64,000 nt of DNA from positions 13,888,001 to 13,952,000 of the forward strand of contig NC_135254.1 of assembly GCF_964204865.1 (NCBI RefSeq), read 5' to 3'. The position numbers were made by a program, and so were the translations under genes. The number at the start of each line of letters is the position of its first letter. Within the stretch, counting starts at the first letter, position 1. Shown here piece after piece: positions 27,313-39,290 of this stretch. This DNA comes from Styela clava. Its lineage: Eukaryota. The notes under the pieces were generated by a model that saw only the letters and a list, made by a program, of their open reading frames with translations, was not told the DNA's origin and did not search any database.

Positions 27313-27734
27313 ATGATAAATACAAAATGCTGTCGTTTTATGATTGCTTCGATGATCATGACAATACTCTTCTTTCGGCAAGTCAGTGCAATTTCCTTAC
27401 CCCCACCGGGATGTAAGTGCTTTCGTTGTTGAACAGAATGATATGAACACATCATCATCCTTTGAAATTGAAATTTGAGTGCGGATAGTGAAAGTCAAGA
27501 ATTCCTGGCAACAGCCTTCTTTTAGATTTCAAATTTTCAGATTCAGATTGTTTGATTATTTCACCGCTCAACATATGTTCCAAACATAAATGTAAACAAA
27601 CTGTTGAAATATGTTATCTATATAGCGACACGTTCTCTCCCAGTCGCGTACAATACAACAATTCATGTCCTACCTGTTTGTCTAAAAATATAAATATAGT
27701 TCTTATTAGACTTGGGTTGAATAAAATTAAATAA
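27313..27734 (+). CDS. Putative small secreted cysteine-rich protein (97 aa, two coding exons), unit 5; family not recognised
   Basis: Exons 27313-27412 (donor GTAAGT) and 27541-27734 (acceptor TTTTCAG): MINTKCCRFMIASMIMTILFFRQVSA-ISLPPPG|YSDCLIISPLNICSKHKCKQTVEICYLYSDTFSPSRVQYNNSCPTCLSKNINIVLIRLGLNKIK*. Signal-peptide-like N-terminus ending VSA. Exon 1 length and splice sites are conserved in three units. No expression evidence. Confidence 0.5.
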
Positions 27735-28393
27735 AAAGAGTAGTATTGCTAACGGTCAACATACAACAGCAGCCGTATTCGTAATCTTCAAAAATAATAA
27801 ACTCATTCCTTATTTCTAACTTAGTTATCAATTGTATGCAATACTCAACACTTGATCACTTTTTATTGTTACAGTAGATGATGTGGATAAGTTCCTTAAA
27901 ACGAAGTTCCTTAAAATCAGAAATGTAGGAATCTATATTTTAATAATATAGTTTTGAATTTGGCTTTACAAATATGTTATAATAATTATAGTTTAACATA
28001 TTTTGATGAGATGCCTTCACACCGTTACTCCAAACAAGACTCAAGACAAGCACTCAATGATACGTAAGAAGCTTCTAGATTTGGGATGACTAGATTTTTT
28101 TTGCCTTAATATTGCCAAACTTGCCAAATTTCAGGCTAAAAAATGGAGTTAACGGAAATACTATTTTTTGTTATAAATTACTTTTTACAGATCCCATTCT
28201 CATGTTTTGTATTTTTATGTGTTTTTTCGCAAACTATACGCCGCACTTATTATAGTACATAGTTTGATTAAAGCACATACACGCACCGTAGAATACAAAG
28301 ATTCTACTACTTATTATAATATTGACCTGGATATTTAGATAATACCTTCTGAACAAACTAATTTTTAAAGAGGTTCATAATTATGAATATTTT

Positions 28394-28776
28394 TGGACAC
28401 GTTCAGTGGTCATAACGATCTTGTTAATTTTCGTCTTCATCATTATAAAATCGCTTTCCTCTTCGAATACTGGACCAATTGCTTTGAAATTTTCACAGTG
28501 TTTAAAAATTGATTTTTTGCCAGGAGGCTTTTACTTTTATTTATTCCTAAATTTTCTATGTATCTTATGAGATCTAATATTTCATCCAGAATTGCGCTGT
28601 ATTACTTTTTAATTATAGGAACACGGTTTTTAATCCGTCAAGCGTGACGGCTAACTGTGAAAATTCTTGCGACTGAAAAATCGGAGGTTTTTTGAGAGTA
28701 CGGTACCGGTAACGTCAAAGGTAAGGACTGCTTCGCTTTGGTCCACGTGTCCATATATTTGAGAGTTGCTATCTTG
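28394..28776. mobile_element. ~380-bp insertion, Helentron/HINE(DINE-1)-like
   Basis: Absent from units 3 and 4. Inserted into a T-run with no distinct TSD. Asymmetric inverted repeat TGGACACGT (28394-28402)/ACGTGTCCA (28745-28753), the second copy ~23 nt from the end. Family assignment is inference. Confidence 0.6.
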
Positions 28777-31046
28777 TTTTCTCAAATATTGATATATCTT
28801 TCCGTTTTCAGATGCTATTGGAGCTTCGATCACAAGAAAATCCAGACTTTTATATTTTTTTGATCGATATCATTCTTGTATTAACTTTACAATTTTTTGT
28901 AATATATTCCCAATAATTTTCACGATATTATAAAAAAAGAAAAATATTTGCTCAGCACTATTTCAAAATAAATTTTACAGCAAAAAATATTAAAAAGTAT
29001 TTTAATGTGAAATTATACGATTTTCATCTTGTTGGATTATATTTCTCAAATTGAGCCGCTCACTAATAAGTTTACGCTTTTTTCAAAAGAAAAAGAATTG
29101 GGTCAATCTCATGCACTATAGAGCCAGTTTCTTTCTAGTCGCGATGGGGCTGCTACATAAACTGTGCCAAGTATTTTGCGTATAATAACATTATGAACTT
29201 GATGAGTTATTGGAAAAGAACAAGGCAAACTAATTCAATTCAGAGCAGCGTCGGAGTCATGTAAATTGAGTAATTATGATAGTAATATATTTGTAAGCGC
29301 ACATCAATGTGATCTGTGTCTATAGTCCAAAAAGTGGACCGAAATCTACCAACCGCTCATTAGAGGGCGTTACGTTTCTCTCTCATAATCATAACTTGCA
29401 ACAAATGCGACGCATTTTACTGATGTCATTAAAAGATATGGAATGACTTCAAACATGGACATAGTACAATTTAGTAGAAAATTACTTAAACTCAGCTGAA
29501 CTTCTTCCCTTCAATTTTAATAATCGTGAATTTAGCAGCTGTTTTCGGCTAACTATTTTCCATGTTGAAATTAATTTAAAACGTTTTATGATTGTGTTCA
29601 AGCATTAGCATTACGTTATATATTTGATCATTGGATTACTCAGAAATCAAAATCTCAATTTTCGACTAAAAAATTGTCGTGAAGAAATAATGCGCGTTGT
29701 CACTTTTATATCAGTGGTTTTATTATTTTTTTCGAAAGAAAGTTCATTCAAGTAGAAATATGTTATGACAGGAAAAAATGATGCATTTTCCCATTTCCCT
29801 CTAATTCAAGAATGAACCATAACACTGTAAATTAATGAATTAAGCTACAGCAATATCATAGGACTTCATCTTATAAAGACGTACCAAATGGTACCACCAA
29901 TTCCATTATATTCATATATTGGTATAAGAATTTCATTATATCAATTTCTAAAACCTGGTCATACAAAATATTTAGAGCATTATACTTAGTTGCAAATTTA
30001 ACGACAAGAATCGATAGTCAGGTCATTCATCATTTTTTTTTTCTTAATTTGCATATAAATAAGACAGTCGGATGTGACATCATATAATGTGATTTACAAT
30101 GAGAAGTAATCAATGTAGTTCCTATAAAAGCCATGTAAGGTTTGACAGTTCATAGATAAGACGTTCTCATCAATAATTTGTAATAATGTTTTTCATAAAC
30201 CGGTAATTATGAACATACTACGACATTTTTTATTCTATTTCTTTTTCGTCATTTGTGTATACGAAGGATAGAATTTTTCATATTTTCGTACATCTATATT
30301 CTTTATCATTTTGAATGCAGAATCAGCCCTTCGTTACTTATCATATTGCCTGGGGAAACGACAAAGTGATATATTTATATTACCAAACTATATTTATTCA
30401 TAGTTTATTTCAATATTCCATGATTCACGTTCACCGTGACCATAAAATTATGAAAACTTTATGTACGTGATCGTGTGCTATGCAAATCCAACTTTCGATA
30501 CCAGATTTCTAACGAAAGTTGACTATGAAATGACAGCAGTTAAATCTCGACGTGTATCAAAATCAAAAATTAAACTCTGCTGAAGCAAACTTACTTCCTT
30601 CAATGTTACTGAAATGATACACCGTACAACACTGACTATCATTTTCAAATACTTTATCGTATAATAATTTATTCAACGTGCAGAATATTGAGTGCTCATA
30701 TAAATAATAATAAGAAATATCAATCAACATATACAGTCATTACTCAGATTAGTAAATGTGAGACAAAAACATCGTGTGATAAAAATAAAAAAATATTATA
30801 AAAATATAATAACAATTGTTGAAGGAGTGGTGAATAAATTCCATTGTGTTTGAGAAAGAAATCATACAATATTGAAAAGAAAATGAATTTAATTTCATGA
30901 TAATAATTGAAGATTTGAATACGATTCAAAGGTATAAATAAACAAATAAACGACGCTATGGGTAAATCAAGCAGAACAAGTAAGTGTGCATTTGCTGAAA
31001 TGATTGAACATTTCTCGTAGTTAGTTAATCTTGCGTTTATTTGATT

Positions 31047-34000
31047 CTATCGGGGAAGTTTTGTCTTTTTTGATGTCGTTTTAAAATTGAATTTTTTTCG
31101 CGTTTCCACAATTTTTTCATTGCATATGAAAGAAGATAATTTCATACAAATATCTGAATTTACAAATCGTCGAAAAGTGTCACATTTCATTAAATTATAA
31201 ATACAATTTTGTGGTTCAATGAAAGTTCCATTGTCTGGATTTTTCAGTTTTTCTTCGGTTCTTGCTCGCGTTTCAAAATCAATGTTGACCTGAAAATTAA
31301 TTAGTTAATAAGTTAGTCTTGGGGATAATAATTGATTGATCAAATTCAAAAACTATATCAAAGTATATATACACTGTATAGAAAGATTTTGCCCGTGGGG
31401 CAAATGAGTGTAATAATTTCATAACTGAGAAAGATCGACAAAATATAAAAATTTTCGCCTATGATAAATATTGAGTGAGTTCTTACCTCTCTCGGAGCAG
31501 ACCGTGCAAGATATTGCGAGAAAATTTTGAAAGCCATTTTTGTCTGTTTTGCTGATTTCAAAGATTTATAAATTTCGCAGTCCAACCAGAAATCCAAGTT
31601 TTCTTCGCTGTGTTCTAGTATCAAGAATTCCCGAAAAGCTTGCAATGCAACTGAAATAGAATTCAATTGTCATGAAATATAGAAACTAGCTAATTATCAC
31701 AACTAGCAATCAGATACTATCAAAATTCATAAGTGTAGCCAGTGTATATATCACGAAACTATATATTTTGTCTAAATTAGGGACAAAACTGAAAGGGGTG
31801 TATTTTATGCCAAACAGGACACGGATTGTGAAATCGATTTTGGTTGCGATTCCCTTGACCAGTTTTGGTTTTGTGTGTGTATAAATAAATATATACATAT
31901 CACCTGTTTATAGAAATAAATTTCAACAGTCTGGGTTTCATTACCAAAATAGCTCACTGGAGAGGATATGAAGCCACACTAATTCTTGAAATTATAAATT
32001 TAGGTGATTTCGTGCGCGGCCTATATATGGTCAATTTTCAAAACAATTTCACCAGAGCCGTGCATACAATATGTTTGTTACCGTGGCATGACTAGAAACG
32101 CAATATTTATTCTGATGAAAGAGTGAAATTATCATCGTTTATCAGCTAGTATTACGTCTGCACTTTTATTCTCTGTTAGTTGCATGTATAACTATATAAT
32201 ATTATAAAACCTACCTTTACTTTTCATCATTTCATCCAATGTTAATTCTGGTTTTGTATTTTCATCATCTCTGTAATAAAAATGTATTATTGATACAACA
32301 TACAATCAATTGAATCGCAACGGATGGAGAAATAACCAAATGTGAATATATTTGACGATTTTGATTAAAGAGAATTGAAATTCATATTTATGACATAAAT
32401 GCTTCCAACCATAATGTAGAATTAACATTAGCTAACAAAATAGTAAATTAGATGTAATGCAATCATGGTTTCACACAACCAATGTTAGAAGAACATGATA
32501 TTTGTAAAATAGGTGTCGTCAAATAAACTATGTTTTAATTAGTGAGCATTGTTGAATGCCTGGAGATGACTTACATTGATCTCTTCCCTCTGCGACTCGA
32601 TCGTCTCTTGAACGAACGTCTCCTTCCACTTGAGAATGAATTTCTTCTGGTCAAAACATCATTTTCATCGGAGTCTGACATTTTGTCTTTTTTGTCGTCA
32701 ATTCTAAAAATCAAAATATTGAGTTTCAGCTATAATTTCAGTATTTTTAATCGTACCGATGAACTTATTTTGTAAAAATACAGTCGTTAAATCTTAGGCT
32801 AAAAAACTTCCGAGTCAACATCTTTTTACATCGAAAAGGCATACTTTACTTCGTTCAAAAAACTGAAATTTTGAAGTTCAAGCATCCTGTATAACTTCTT
32901 AATCATTCTGTTTTTATTTCAATTCCATAAACTACAAATAAAAAAGTTGAAACTTACAATTCAGAGCGAGCTTTTCTGGAGGTCCTAGTAGAAGTTGTAC
33001 AATGTAGACTGGCGCTTCGTTTGAATGGCGATGGATCTGAATTACTATCTGTCGACGACTTGCGTTGGAACCAGGCCATCAGGCTTCCCCTGTAATCAAT
33101 CGAGATAAAATTAGAACACAAAAAATTATACTGTCGTTATGATCTAATATTACGTGTCACGAAGGTGCATTTTACTTTTCTATTTTCCGGAATATAATCT
33201 AATATAAATTATGAAGCATCTACGTAAAACCAGGTCAAAAAATGCAATATTGATAAATCATAAAAATTAGTTATTTAGAGAAGCCGGTTAAACCAGTTAA
33301 TTATAGAAGAGATTACATTTTTGAGTCAACGAAAACCTGCTCTTATTAATTTTAAATGTTCGGCTTTTCTATTAACTAAAATTAAAAAAGGGGGTTCGAA
33401 AAAGGAATTCCATTCTCTCTATTACAACTCGTCATTGCCCTTTCTTGAATATTTCACCTTGCCGCTGATTCGATGATAAGAAAATACTCAATCGATCAAA
33501 TAATATCTATGTATACGCTCGCGCAGACGACTACACACGTTTCTGTCGCATAAAAGTACATTTGGTGTGATTACATTGTAAAACGTTTGCAATTTCAACG
33601 AAATGATGTCGTCAGATATAGTAAACGAGTGATCATTGCTATTCTACTTAGCAATTAATTTTTTCAAAAATACCCTTTCAGTAATGCTAATAGATCAAAC
33701 TATGTACGAGTTGCAGATCTTGGGTCACTTGCCTTTGCTACCTGCGTGGTATATTGCATTGATTAATTTATGTTAAACCGATTATCGCAGCTTGCCTGGA
33801 TACTCATTTGGGCGGGAAAAAGTAAAACGCCCCATGATATTAAAGATGGCGACTAATACAATGATGTCTTTAGCGCAATTAGGTTAGATATACGTTAAAT
33901 TATACAATACGTCATTTATGTGCGAGCTCATATCTAATTGTGAGCCAAAGATAACCTCCGCTCAGCGAGGCGTCCCACGGCACATTTTATTCGTGCATGT

Positions 34001-34542
34001 AACTGAACTACCGAGGCAATGACTTACAGTGCATTGTTTTTCTTGGATTGATCGTCTGAATCCCCTCCAAAGGAAATCTTTCCAACGCTGTTTCTTTTGT
34101 AATATAACTCGCTTGCCTTGATTTCAGCGTTCCTTCTTGTTTGCACAAATCTTCCAGAATCACCAATATTTTTTGATCTCGGAATTCTGCTCATCAAAAT
34201 AGGAGATGAAATTAGATCCAGACTGTTAGAATCAACGCTGCAGAGATCTTCAGACGAGCTGGAAACTAGAGATTCTCTCGCTAAAGCCGAAATCGGACCC
34301 TTTACTCCGTCAAGTAAACTCGAAAAGTCTCGTTCGAGGGAACTCCCGTTATTTTGTTTTCTGCTATTAAAACTCTTTTCGGAACACAGGCTTAGCGATG
34401 ACCCGGAGCTATCATCCGAAAGCAATCCTGTTGAAATGTCATACAGACCTTTTTTCTTTGAACCTGGTAAGGCTATTTTTGACAATGCTGTTCCACATCC
34501 CAAAGTCGTAGATTCCTCGTCGTTTGCAGGATGAATATACAT
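31047..34542 (-). CDS. RGS-domain protein (R4/RGS3-like short paralog), 412 aa, 6 coding exons
   Basis: Exons 34542-34028, 33089-32958, 32703-32575, 32270-32215, 31650-31487, 31289-31047; all phases are consistent. RGS box: LDEMMKSK|VALQAFREFLILEHSEENLDFWLDCEIYK...APRE|VNIDFETR...IYNLMKCDTFRRFVNSD. Confidence 0.9.
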
Positions 34543-37500
34543 TTTATAGTACGAAATTTATTTAGATTTGAAGCTGTAAGTTGGAATGGGAAATAATTCT
34601 ATAGTTATTGTAAATAATAAACCCACTATGTTCAATAACTGCGATGATACGTATTACAAAATCACTCAACATTTTACAAAAAATACACATACGTATTTTA
34701 AACTCCAAGATCCATCCTACGATGGTTTCGACCAAGCAAAAATTTTGGAATGAGTATTCCATTTGGCATACTTTGAGTAATAAATGGAAATAAAATGTCT
34801 TCAGATACACGTATTTACGAAAATGTTTGATGCGTCATCGATCGTGATGTACGCAATTAGATGACAAAAACAAACTATGCGTAATATTCGTGTATCGTAC
34901 TATTTGCAAAATGCGCCGAATTTACTGTCAAATTATGGTACTACTATACTATAGACAAAAAAATTCAATTTCTTGAGCTTTTGGTGTACAATTTGTAATT
35001 GAAAAGTTCGATCGTGAAAATGCAAAATAGGCAAGATAAAAAAGAAAATGTAATACTGTATACGAGTAGATTATATTTTAAGCTTTGTTAGTTTAATTCG
35101 GTTGAGAGACTTCTGAACATAATGAATAAACAACGATACATAAGTAAGATTCAACTAATTTACAATAAAAGGTATAAATATAGAAACCCTGTTTATTTCT
35201 ATTCATCAGCAAAAACTCAAAATAATTTTATTTATCTCAAAATGTCACCATTTACAAATCATTTTTGCTGCTTTAAAATATCTTTTGCATTCTAACTTTT
35301 CACCTACAATGTTGTCATATACCACATTTCTAAAAGTATTTTGCGACTTCCTTTCGACAGAAACGAGAAAGGCTGAAATTCCTAGATCTGTTAATATATT
35401 TATGGAACTTCCTTTATACCTTGAAGCAAGTACAATATATAAATGACTCTCAGATATTCTTAACTTGAAATTGATCTTCTTAAATGATTTATCCTAATCG
35501 TTAATCCTAAATTTAACTGAAAATGGAATTAGCAAAACAACACTATATATGATATCGAATAGTTTTGAGGCATGAATTTTCCTGCAAAGAAATTTTCCCT
35601 ATTGTTGCAATTTTCCAAATAATATCTGAGGAGGGAAATTTTAAAAACAGTAAATTTGACCTAAAAATGTTTCATTAAAATACCTGTACATGTTTTAACC
35701 CACACCCGCCTTCTCCCAGTATATTCTATTATAAGGCAAACTTGAGAAATATTCCGAATGTGGTGCAGATGCTGCGTTAGCGAAGAAATTAATGCCCACG
35801 ACCCCAAAGGGGCCACGACGGGGTATCGAAAGAAATCTTGATGTTCGGGGGGCTACATCAGACTACTATTTTTACCAATATATGTGTGTGTCTAGTATTT
35901 GTATGCTACAAAATGCTATTTTAAACCCACTTTGTTTGCTAATTACCGGTAGTAATAATAATCTAATAAATCTTTGTTTCGTCATTTATTTGTTCAATGA
36001 TTAAAATATGAATATAAATATATATATAGTCATTCGACGATGCAATGTCTGGATCAAAATATACTTGCTATGCGCCATGATTAATGGGTCTGTTTATACC
36101 GGAAACGAGAGATGTTTTGGATATTATTTATAACGTTATAATTTTGGCAACAGATATGCAACCTAAGCATGAAAATACAAAAACTGCAAAATTTGATAGG
36201 TTACATGAATAGAAAACGGAATGGATTGCATTTAAATAGACCTTAACCGGAATCTTTATTCCAATTTTGCCTTACTTCGGGTGATAACAGGCAATATAAA
36301 CACAGCATTGATGGAGTTGACATTGAATACACATCTGCTTCAATATCTTGACATTCCACTGCAATATGTTACCTTTTGGGGAGTAAATACATCAAATGGA
36401 GCGCCGTGATGCTCCAATCAATTTAAAAATTTAACTGTACAAATCAAGCATTCGTACTGTCGAATAAAATCTGATCACGAATCCTCCCTACATTGCTTCC
36501 TTTGTGGATAATATTATGGTTACTTAACACGGTATCTGATTAAATTATTAAATCTTATTTATCCCCACTATATAGTGACTCAATTAAGTTCTTCAATTAT
36601 ATAAAAAAAAAAACTGTGCTTGTTTTATTCAAAAATTGCAATTAATTTTTCAGATTTCATAGCTCAGGCTAACTGCAAGTGGTCGTAACATAAGGAATTT
36701 AAGATACGATTCCACAAAATAGTTCAACTTGGTCACGAACCATCGAATCATTCGAATTTTATACGTTGTTTTGTCTTCTCCCCTACGCTGTTTTTACTCC
36801 AACTTTCGTGTAATCACAAGCTGTTATTCTATCCCGCACCGAGCGAACTAAACATGTTGATCTTGTCCAGTTTCTGAATATAATGAATCTATTATTCATC
36901 GGTTGATTTCAATTATCTTGATGATATGAGATTGTAGCTGAATAGTGTTGTTATAATTTTTATTACTTTATGAAACTTCATTAACGATTTATATTTTCAG
37001 TATACAGTGTCAATATGTTAAATATTTATAGTTTGAAGTCATAATCACCGGAAAGTTTAACAATCAAGACCATTTCTATTAGCACGGCGATTTGTTTACA
37101 ATTACAACACTATGAAAAACACATAGCATCTGAATTTTCTTGTAAACTAAATAAATAGATGCCGACTTCGATCTTAAAAGTTGTTTGCTATCATTCGATC
37201 ATGTTGGAAAATGATCTATTCCTGAATTAATCTTGGTCAGTTCATGGAATACAACAGTGCTTTTTGCTTGATATTTTTTCAAGATGAATTATTATACATA
37301 ACATGCGGGCACGTTTATAATTTTCCAACTTGAAACTTTTCTGAATTTAGTAACGGCAAATTCACCATGAAGTGTTACGTCATGAATGGTACTCTTTGCC
37401 AGAATTTGGTATTATTAAAATTCTTATTATTTTATTGATTGCTTATTAAACTGATATATGTTGAATAGATCACGCAGAACGTGCATCATGGATAAATTTG

Positions 37501-38707
37501 AATACACGCTCGCTCGGTGCTGCGTAACTTTACGTAATCAATATATATGGATATTTTTAAAACTTGATTTAGTTTTGTTTTTTTATCTTATTTAAACAAT
37601 TTCCTTCAATTTAAAATAGCACACGATCAAAGTGACCAAAATTCTATTCTCACATCACCTCTTTCTGAGCTGAAAAATTGAGCATTTTGAGACAATGGAC
37701 TTGCGTCGTCAACTTGTTGATAGGTCAGCTTAATCGCATTCGTATTTCAATTTTTTTTTCACAAATGCTTATTGGCATGAATTATGACAGTGCTGACTTG
37801 AAATGTATTTTTTAAAGACGTCAGTCATGTAATCACCACATTATATTTGACTTCTGATCGATCGTATTGACTTTATCTATTTCTACGATAATTTTATATC
37901 GTCTCAATATCTCTTACCACTCAAATTAAACAACTCGGTAAATTCGGCCAAAAACTACCATAAAAAACGCACAAACTATCTCAATTTTTTTTGATAGTGT
38001 CACGCACTTCTGACCATAATTTGACCACTCAAAAAGGTATTTTTGTTCGTTTTGCGTGATAGGTTAAAAATCAAAGTTTTGTCACACCCATTAAATACCA
38101 GTCGTGTATATCGTGTATTTTGGAACTGATTTTTGTCGTCAGATATGACATTTGCATACCTTGCTCTTGTTTCGTAATGCGCCACAGAGTATGCGCCAAT
38201 GGTTGCAAATTTTGACCATAGATCACTGTCCATTGCACTTGATCTACTGACGACTTTCGTTATAAAATAATAAATGACCAAGATTATGACGTCAGAAGAG
38301 TCGAAAATTATATTTGTACGTATATATTAGGCTAAGCAATGCAAATCTTACTACTAAAATAGCTTTCTTTCGAGTGCTGAAATTATATTTCAATTGGTAT
38401 TTTATGGTCCATTATTTCAAATTGAAGACAATGAATGAAAGCATTACATTTACATATTTTTATTTCTATGGGGATTTCTGTAAGGAGTGATGAGAAACTA
38501 TAGTGAAAATCAAGTGGGTACAAAAACCACTAAATTATATTTTTACACTTACACAATTATTAGAGGATCAGCCAATGATATTAGTGAAGAAGGATGTGTA
38601 ACGTATAAACACATTATAACTTCAAGAATTCATGTAATCGCCAAAATATTGGTGTGACTTTGAAAATATGTCATTGATATGAAATTTCGGGGACACGCAA
38701 TTCATAT

Positions 38708-39043
38708 GGCTCGACGGTGTTGCGTATCGTGCTAAGCGTTGGGACTACGCTTGCAACCGCACTTCAAATTACCCTGCTTGGGTTCGCAAGTTATATTCAC
38801 GTGGGGGATAATTTTGTCCGAGATGATTGCTGGACTCTCTGCCGCCGTAGGGTGGTTCACGTAACCGCTGGTCGGTTACAACTTCCTCCACCATAAAAAT
38901 CCGTGCATCTGAAAATAAAACAACTGGTTAATTAATCCTATGCCCGGAATGGACTGGTGACCGGACGAGAGGCCGTGGTTCGCTATAAAATTAGACCGTT
39001 TTATCAGTTTTCCTTTCTCCCGGGATAAATATGTAAATCCTAT
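38708..39043 (+). mobile_element. SINE, apparently full length, probably with a tRNA-derived head
   Basis: Degenerate A/B-box-like segments (TTGCGTATCGTGCTAAGCG; GGGTTCG), GC-richer body, tail TCCCGGGATAAATATGTAAATCCTAT. Homologous partial copies occur nearby. Confidence 0.65.
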
Positions 39044-39164
39044 AGCGTACATAAAATAATTGGTTTCGGCAAAATGTCCCATTTTAAAATTTTGATATCG
39101 AGTAAATTCGCAAACTGCCCAAAATACTATTCCTGATTCATCGGACAAATAAACAGTTAAAATG

Positions 39165-39290
39165 ACAAGATTTTCATTATTACCCCGGGTGCGAAGAAAT
39201 CCGAGTTAATCATATAACGATCCGAGGCCTCTTGTCTGTTTACGATTCCATGTCGGGTATGGGAACAGTTCAGTCAGTCGAGAGTTTATT
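39165..39290 (-). mobile_element. Diverged SINE 3' fragment
   Basis: GATTTTCATTATTACCCCGGG...GGCCTCTTGTC resembles the reverse complement of the 38940-39043 tail. Confidence 0.4.

Larger units (their letters stand above)
14390..29690 (+). repeat. Degenerate tandem array of five units (~1.7-3.4 kb of unit sequence each, excluding insertions)
   Basis: Landmark GCTCACACGAGTTTAACATTACCGAACAATTAA at 14869, 17150, 18924, 23204 and 26590. Approximate units: 14390-16620, 16620-18330, 18330-22860 (includes a 1.58-kb insertion), 22860-26245, 26245-29690. Units 3-5 are closely similar by eye; units 1-2 are more diverged. Confidence 0.92.

Noticed and set aside
14390-29690. Recurrent 33-bp motif as a CRISPR-like repeat
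   Set aside because: Spacing is kilobases, the intervening DNA is homologous rather than unique, the context is eukaryotic, and there are no cas genes.
36240-36420. Minus-strand peptide ...LYCLLSPEVRQNW resembling TM7 of adhesion/secretin GPCRs
   Set aside because: It needs frameshifts, has no convincing neighbouring TM exons or splice sites, and is too short to exceed chance.
38708-38800. Possible tRNA gene
   Set aside because: No cloverleaf can be formed. It is the degenerate head of a dispersed SINE.
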